Source: Rikenellaceae bacterium
Lineage (GTDB): Bacteria > Bacteroidota > Bacteroidia > Bacteroidales > UBA932
DNA: 64,000 nucleotides
NCBI GenBank assembly: GCA_900769905.1
Contig: CAAGIL010000170.1
Location: forward strand, 10,542-74,541
Reading direction: 5' to 3'
In this document: piece by piece, positions 60,058 to 64,000 of the stretch
How the letters are laid out: each line of letters starts with the position of its first letter
How positions within the stretch are numbered: the first letter of the stretch is position 1
Translations under genes and position numbers: made by a program
Notes under the pieces: model-generated
What the model was told of the DNA's origin: nothing
Seen by the model: the letters and a program-made list of their open reading frames with translations, nothing else
Database searches by the model: none

Positions 60058-62616
60058 ATGAACAGAAACGAAATTGGAGCACCATCGTGGAAGAGCGTTA
60101 TGGTGACTCGACACCTCCCGGAGAAGCTTTCGGGCCTTGAAACCCTTTGTAAGAATCTCTGGTGGTGCTGGAACGATAACGCCAAAGCCCTCTTCAAGAG
60201 CATTGATTATGACCTTTGGCACAAGTCCGGTCATAACCCGATGGAAATCCTTGACAAAGTCAGCTACAAGAGATATGTAGCTCTCTCAAAGGACGAGGAA
60301 TTCGTTGCCCGCCTCGACAAGGTGATGCAGGAGTTCAACTCGTATATGGCAAAGAAATCTGAAAGAGTTGAGCCGTCAGTAGCCTACTTCTGCATGGAGT
60401 ATGGACTTGACACCTCTTTGAAGATCTACTCAGGCGGTCTCGGCATTCTTGCCGGAGACTACCTCAAGGAGACCAGCGATATGAACGTGAACCTCGTTGC
60501 TGTCGGACTCCTCTACAGGTATGGATACTTCACCCAGAGGCTTACTCCTCAGGGAAATCAGGTTGCGGAGTATCAGGCCCAGGACTTCCTCAAGATTCCT
60601 GCCGAGCCTGTAATTGACGAGAACGGAGTATGGAAGACCATCAAGGTTGCTCTTCCGGGAAGGGATATGACAGCCCGCATCTGGAAGGTTGCCGTGGGAA
60701 GGACAGACCTCTATCTGCTCGACACCGACTTCGAAGCCAATATTCCTGAAGACAGGCAGGTGACCCACCAGCTCTACGGAGGTGACTGGGAGAACCGTCT
60801 CAAGCAGGAAATCCTGCTCGGTATAGGCGGCGTACGCGCACTGCGCGCCCTCGGACTCAATCCGACCATTTACCATTACAATGAAGGACATGCAGCCTTC
60901 GCCGGTCTTGAGAGACTGCGCGAGTGCATGCAGGGCGGCCACCTTAGCTATGCCGAGTCAATGGAGCTCATCAGGGCTACCGGACTCTTCACTACCCATA
61001 CCCCTGTTCCTGCAGGCCACGATGCCTTCACTGACGAGCTCCTCGGCAAGTACATAGGCTCATACCTCCCGACCATCGGTATCGACTGGCATACCCTTAT
61101 GACCCTTGGCAAGATCAATCCTGACAATCACGACGAGAAGTTCTCAATGAGCTCCCTCGCCGCCAATATGTCCCAGAATGTCAACGGCGTATCCATGCTT
61201 CACGGCAAGGTGAGCCAGGAGATTTTCGCGGATATGTATCCTGGATATCTTCCTGAGGAACTCTATATCAGCTATGTCACCAACGGAGTGCACTATCCTA
61301 CCTGGGCATCCAGGGACTGGAAGAAGGTTCACGCCAAGGTCTTCGGAGACCAGTTTGCAACCCACCATTACGACAAGAGCTGCTTTGAGGGCATCTACTC
61401 CGTTTCCGATGAGGAAGTTTGGGAGACCCGCAAGCAGATGAAGAGCGAGCTCACCAAGGCTATCAAGGAGAGATTCTCTGATCCTCAGCTCTGTGCTCAC
61501 TATACTCCGAAGCAGATCGTAACCATCAAGGAAAGGCTCAGCGACGATGCCCTGACCATCGGCTTTGCCCGTCGTTTCGCCACCTACAAGAGAGCAACCC
61601 TGCTCTTCAGCGACCTTGACAGGCTTGCCGAGATCGTGAACAACCCTAAGCGCCCTGTACAGTTCATCTTCGCCGGCAAGGCTCACCCTGCCGACGGAGC
61701 CGGACAGGACCTCATCAAGCAGATCATTGAAATCTCCAAGCAGGACAGGTTCCTCGGCCGCATCATCTTCGTCCCTGGATATGACATCACCCTCGCAAAG
61801 CGTATGGTTCAGGGCGTGGACGTATGGCTCAACAATCCTACCCGTCCTCTCGAGGCATCCGGTACTTCCGGAGAGAAGGCTGCAATGAACGGAGTAATGC
61901 ACTTCTCCGTCCTCGACGGCTGGTGGGTTGAGGGATACAAGCCGGGTGCCGGCTGGGCCCTCCCTCTCGAGAAGACCTACGACGATCCTAACTACCAGAA
62001 CGAACTGGACTCCGCCACCATCTACTCTACCATAGAGAACGAGATTGCTCCTGACTACTATGCCGTGGATGAGAAGACGGGACTTTCACCAAAGTGGATA
62101 GGATACATCAAGAACACCATCGCCAAGGTGGCCTGTGAGTTCACCACCAACAGGATGCTCACTGACTACTGCAACCAGTACTATATTCCTCAGTGCGAGC
62201 GCTATGCCAAGCTCTCCGCCGACAATGAGAAGGTGGCAAGGGAAATTGCCCAGTGGAAACACCTCGTTCTCGACGAGTGGAACAACATCCGCATCGTTTC
62301 CTATACCCAGCCTGACGCATCATACTCCCTCTCTGCAGATAATACTCTCAAGAGTGAGGTTGTGCTCGACCTCGGCCGTCTCAAGCCGGAAGATATAGGA
62401 GTCGAGATGCTGTTTACCGTTTCTGACGAGAAGGGCAAGCTCCACCTCCAGGCAGTGAACGAGTTCAAGCTCGTTTCCTACGAGAACGGCAAGGCTACCT
62501 ATCAGGTGGAAGTGCTCCCGGAGAGGACTGGTATGTATCAGGTAGGTACCAGGATTTATCCTAAGAATCCTCTCCTGCCTCACAGACAGGATTTCCCTCT
62601 CGTGAAATGGCTGTAG
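60058..62616 (+). CDS. glgP: Alpha-glucan phosphorylase (GT35)
   Basis: An 852-aa product with GT35 motifs (YFCMEYGL, SGGLGILAGD, a PLP-site K in ...TSGEKAAMNG). Confidence 0.9.
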   Translation: MNRNEIGAPSWKSVMVTRHLPEKLSGLETLCKNLWWCWNDNAKALFKSIDYDLWHKSGHNPMEILDKVSYKRYVALSKDEEFVARLDKVMQEFNSYMAKKSERVEPSVAYFCMEYGLDTSLKIYSGGLGILAGDYLKETSDMNVNLVAVGLLYRYGYFTQRLTPQGNQVAEYQAQDFLKIPAEPVIDENGVWKTIKVALPGRDMTARIWKVAVGRTDLYLLDTDFEANIPEDRQVTHQLYGGDWENRLKQEILLGIGGVRALRALGLNPTIYHYNEGHAAFAGLERLRECMQGGHLSYAESMELIRATGLFTTHTPVPAGHDAFTDELLGKYIGSYLPTIGIDWHTLMTLGKINPDNHDEKFSMSSLAANMSQNVNGVSMLHGKVSQEIFADMYPGYLPEELYISYVTNGVHYPTWASRDWKKVHAKVFGDQFATHHYDKSCFEGIYSVSDEEVWETRKQMKSELTKAIKERFSDPQLCAHYTPKQIVTIKERLSDDALTIGFARRFATYKRATLLFSDLDRLAEIVNNPKRPVQFIFAGKAHPADGAGQDLIKQIIEISKQDRFLGRIIFVPGYDITLAKRMVQGVDVWLNNPTRPLEASGTSGEKAAMNGVMHFSVLDGWWVEGYKPGAGWALPLEKTYDDPNYQNELDSATIYSTIENEIAPDYYAVDEKTGLSPKWIGYIKNTIAKVACEFTTNRMLTDYCNQYYIPQCERYAKLSADNEKVAREIAQWKHLVLDEWNNIRIVSYTQPDASYSLSADNTLKSEVVLDLGRLKPEDIGVEMLFTVSDEKGKLHLQAVNEFKLVSYENGKATYQVEVLPERTGMYQVGTRIYPKNPLLPHRQDFPLVKWL

Positions 62617-63473
62617 CGGCCACAGGTTTTTTTGACGGTGTCCATCTTGGACACCGTGAAGTTCTGAAGACACTCGTCTCCTCGGCCCGTGAAAGGGGCG
62701 AGGAGGCGCTTGTCATTACTTTCTCCCAACATCCGAGGACTGTGCTTCAGCAGGATGCCGGGAAACTCAGATTTCTTACCACTCCCGAGGAGAAGCGCCT
62801 TCTGCTCGAATCAGCCGGAGCGGGACGCGTGGAAACCATCCCTTTCACACGGGAGTTCGCTTCCCTGAGTGCGCGGGAATATATTTCCGAGCTGCTCGTG
62901 AAGCGTTACGGAGTAAGCAGTCTGATTCTGGGATACGACAACAGGCTGGGCAGCGACAGGCTCGGTACCCCTCAACTCCGGGAACTCTGCGCCGGAATGG
63001 GCCTGGATGCAAGGATTGTCCCTCCTTACCGTCTTGCGGACGGAAGTACGGTAAGCTCCACCAAGATCCGTGACCTGATAGCCTCCGGAAAGATAGAGGA
63101 GGCCAATGCGATGCTCGGAGGGCGTTATATGCTTTCTGGCGTAGTGGTCAGCGGGAAGCAGCTAGGCAGGACCATAGGCTTTCCCACTGCCAACACCGTC
63201 TGCTCCAATCCGCTCAAACTGGTGCCGGGAAGGGGAGTGTACGTGACGGAAGTTACCGTCCAGGGCCGTCGATACTATGGGATGACCAATGTCGGAGATG
63301 TGATCGAGACCAACATCTTCGACTTCGATGAAAGCATTTACGGTCTCGAACTGGAGCTCAGGTTCATAACGCGCATCCGCGATATGAGAGCCATGAACGG
63401 TCTGGAGGAGCTGAAAAAACAACTCTCCCTGGACCGCAGCGCAGCCAGGGAGATTATCTCTTCCTTGATTTAG
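62607..63473 (+). CDS. ribF: Bifunctional riboflavin kinase / FMN adenylyltransferase
   Basis: The FAD-synthetase N-domain (GFFDGVHLGH) and the riboflavin-kinase C-domain (GFPTANT) are present. Confidence 0.9.
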   Translation: MAVAATGFFDGVHLGHREVLKTLVSSARERGEEALVITFSQHPRTVLQQDAGKLRFLTTPEEKRLLLESAGAGRVETIPFTREFASLSAREYISELLVKRYGVSSLILGYDNRLGSDRLGTPQLRELCAGMGLDARIVPPYRLADGSTVSSTKIRDLIASGKIEEANAMLGGRYMLSGVVVSGKQLGRTIGFPTANTVCSNPLKLVPGRGVYVTEVTVQGRRYYGMTNVGDVIETNIFDFDESIYGLELELRFITRIRDMRAMNGLEELKKQLSLDRSAAREIISSLI

Positions 63474-63475
63474 GA

Positions 63476-64000
63476 TTATTTCAGCACTTTGTCAAGCACT
63501 TTCCTGAGTCCGTCCTCTCCGCTCACCGACTCGGAGTACAGGTCTCCGTCTACAATGAGGAAGGAATTCGGCAGGGAAGTGACATTGTAAAGATTTACAG
63601 GGGATGCGCAGCCAAGCCCGTCGTTCACATTGATCCACGGGAGCTTCTGAGAACTTACGACTGAACCCCAGAGAGCCTTGTCCGCAGTCACGCATATGGA
63701 ATAAATCTCGAAACCGCGTTCGTGATACTTGTTGTACAGAGGAAGCAGCGAGTCGAGGTTCAGCATCTTCTGTGCTACGTCAGAGGCATCCCAGAAATGC
63801 ACCATAATTACCTTTGAATCAATGGAACTGAGAGCTTTCTGCTCTCCGTTGATGTCCGGGAGCTTGATGTCCGGGTATGAGATTTCGGTAGCATTGCGGA
63901 GCTGACCGTCAAGTTCCATCAACTTCATCCTTCTGGCAGCCTCCTTCTCAAGAGCCTTAACATAGCGTGACTCAGGGTAAACCTTCTTCAGGGAATCAGC
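63476..64000 (-). CDS. Thioredoxin-like (TlpA/AhpC-TSA fold) domain protein, truncated by the window end
   Basis: A C-terminal thioredoxin-fold region (VIMVHFWDASD...SLPNSFLIVDGD) lacks the CxxC motif. The frame stays open to the window edge. Confidence 0.55.
   Translation of the reverse strand, partial: ADSLKKVYPESRYVKALEKEAARRMKLMELDGQLRNATEISYPDIKLPDINGEQKALSSIDSKVIMVHFWDASDVAQKMLNLDSLLPLYNKYHERGFEIYSICVTADKALWGSVVSSQKLPWINVNDGLGCASPVNLYNVTSLPNSFLIVDGDLYSESVSGEDGLRKVLDKVLK

Overview
This window reads as a GC-rich Bacteroidales chromosome segment. Most of it is housekeeping: fusA (5'-truncated)-rpsJ, a tRNA-Met(CAU), the lpxK/frr/pyrH block, rplM-rpsI-rpsB-tsf, dnaX-lptB-cmk-ispH-efp, rlmH, der/prs/engB and ribF. 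Three accessory modules sit between these. (1) A roughly 9.4 kb minus-strand Mfa/FimA-type (type V) pilus operon at 2504..11943. It encodes a DUF3575 barrel, an Mfa2-like subunit, three tandem paralogous fimbrillin lipoproteins, a second DUF3575, a large OmpA-like protein and a beta-barrel protein. Its first gene is out of frame at a unique G8/C8 homopolymer, which looks like a slipped-strand phase switch. (2) A compact PUL on the minus strand: type-B carboxylesterase, SusC, SusD, a repeat-containing surface-glycan-binding-protein-like lipoprotein, a CE1 esterase and a GH3, with a divergently transcribed hybrid two-component regulator. (3) A glycogen/alpha-glucan island: GH13 branching enzyme, GDE-type debranching enzyme, GT4, GH57 and GT35 phosphorylase. 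Other notable items are a monocistronic orphan frdC-type di-haem cytochrome b with its own terminator, a 1185-aa multi-TM sensor histidine kinase cotranscribed with rlmH, a small Cys-rich ORF between prs and der, and several textbook Bacteroidetes TTTG/TAnnTTTG promoters. No transposase, integrase, CRISPR array or rRNA gene was seen. Many long ORFs in the six-frame track are antisense artefacts of high-GC coding sequence and are rejected.
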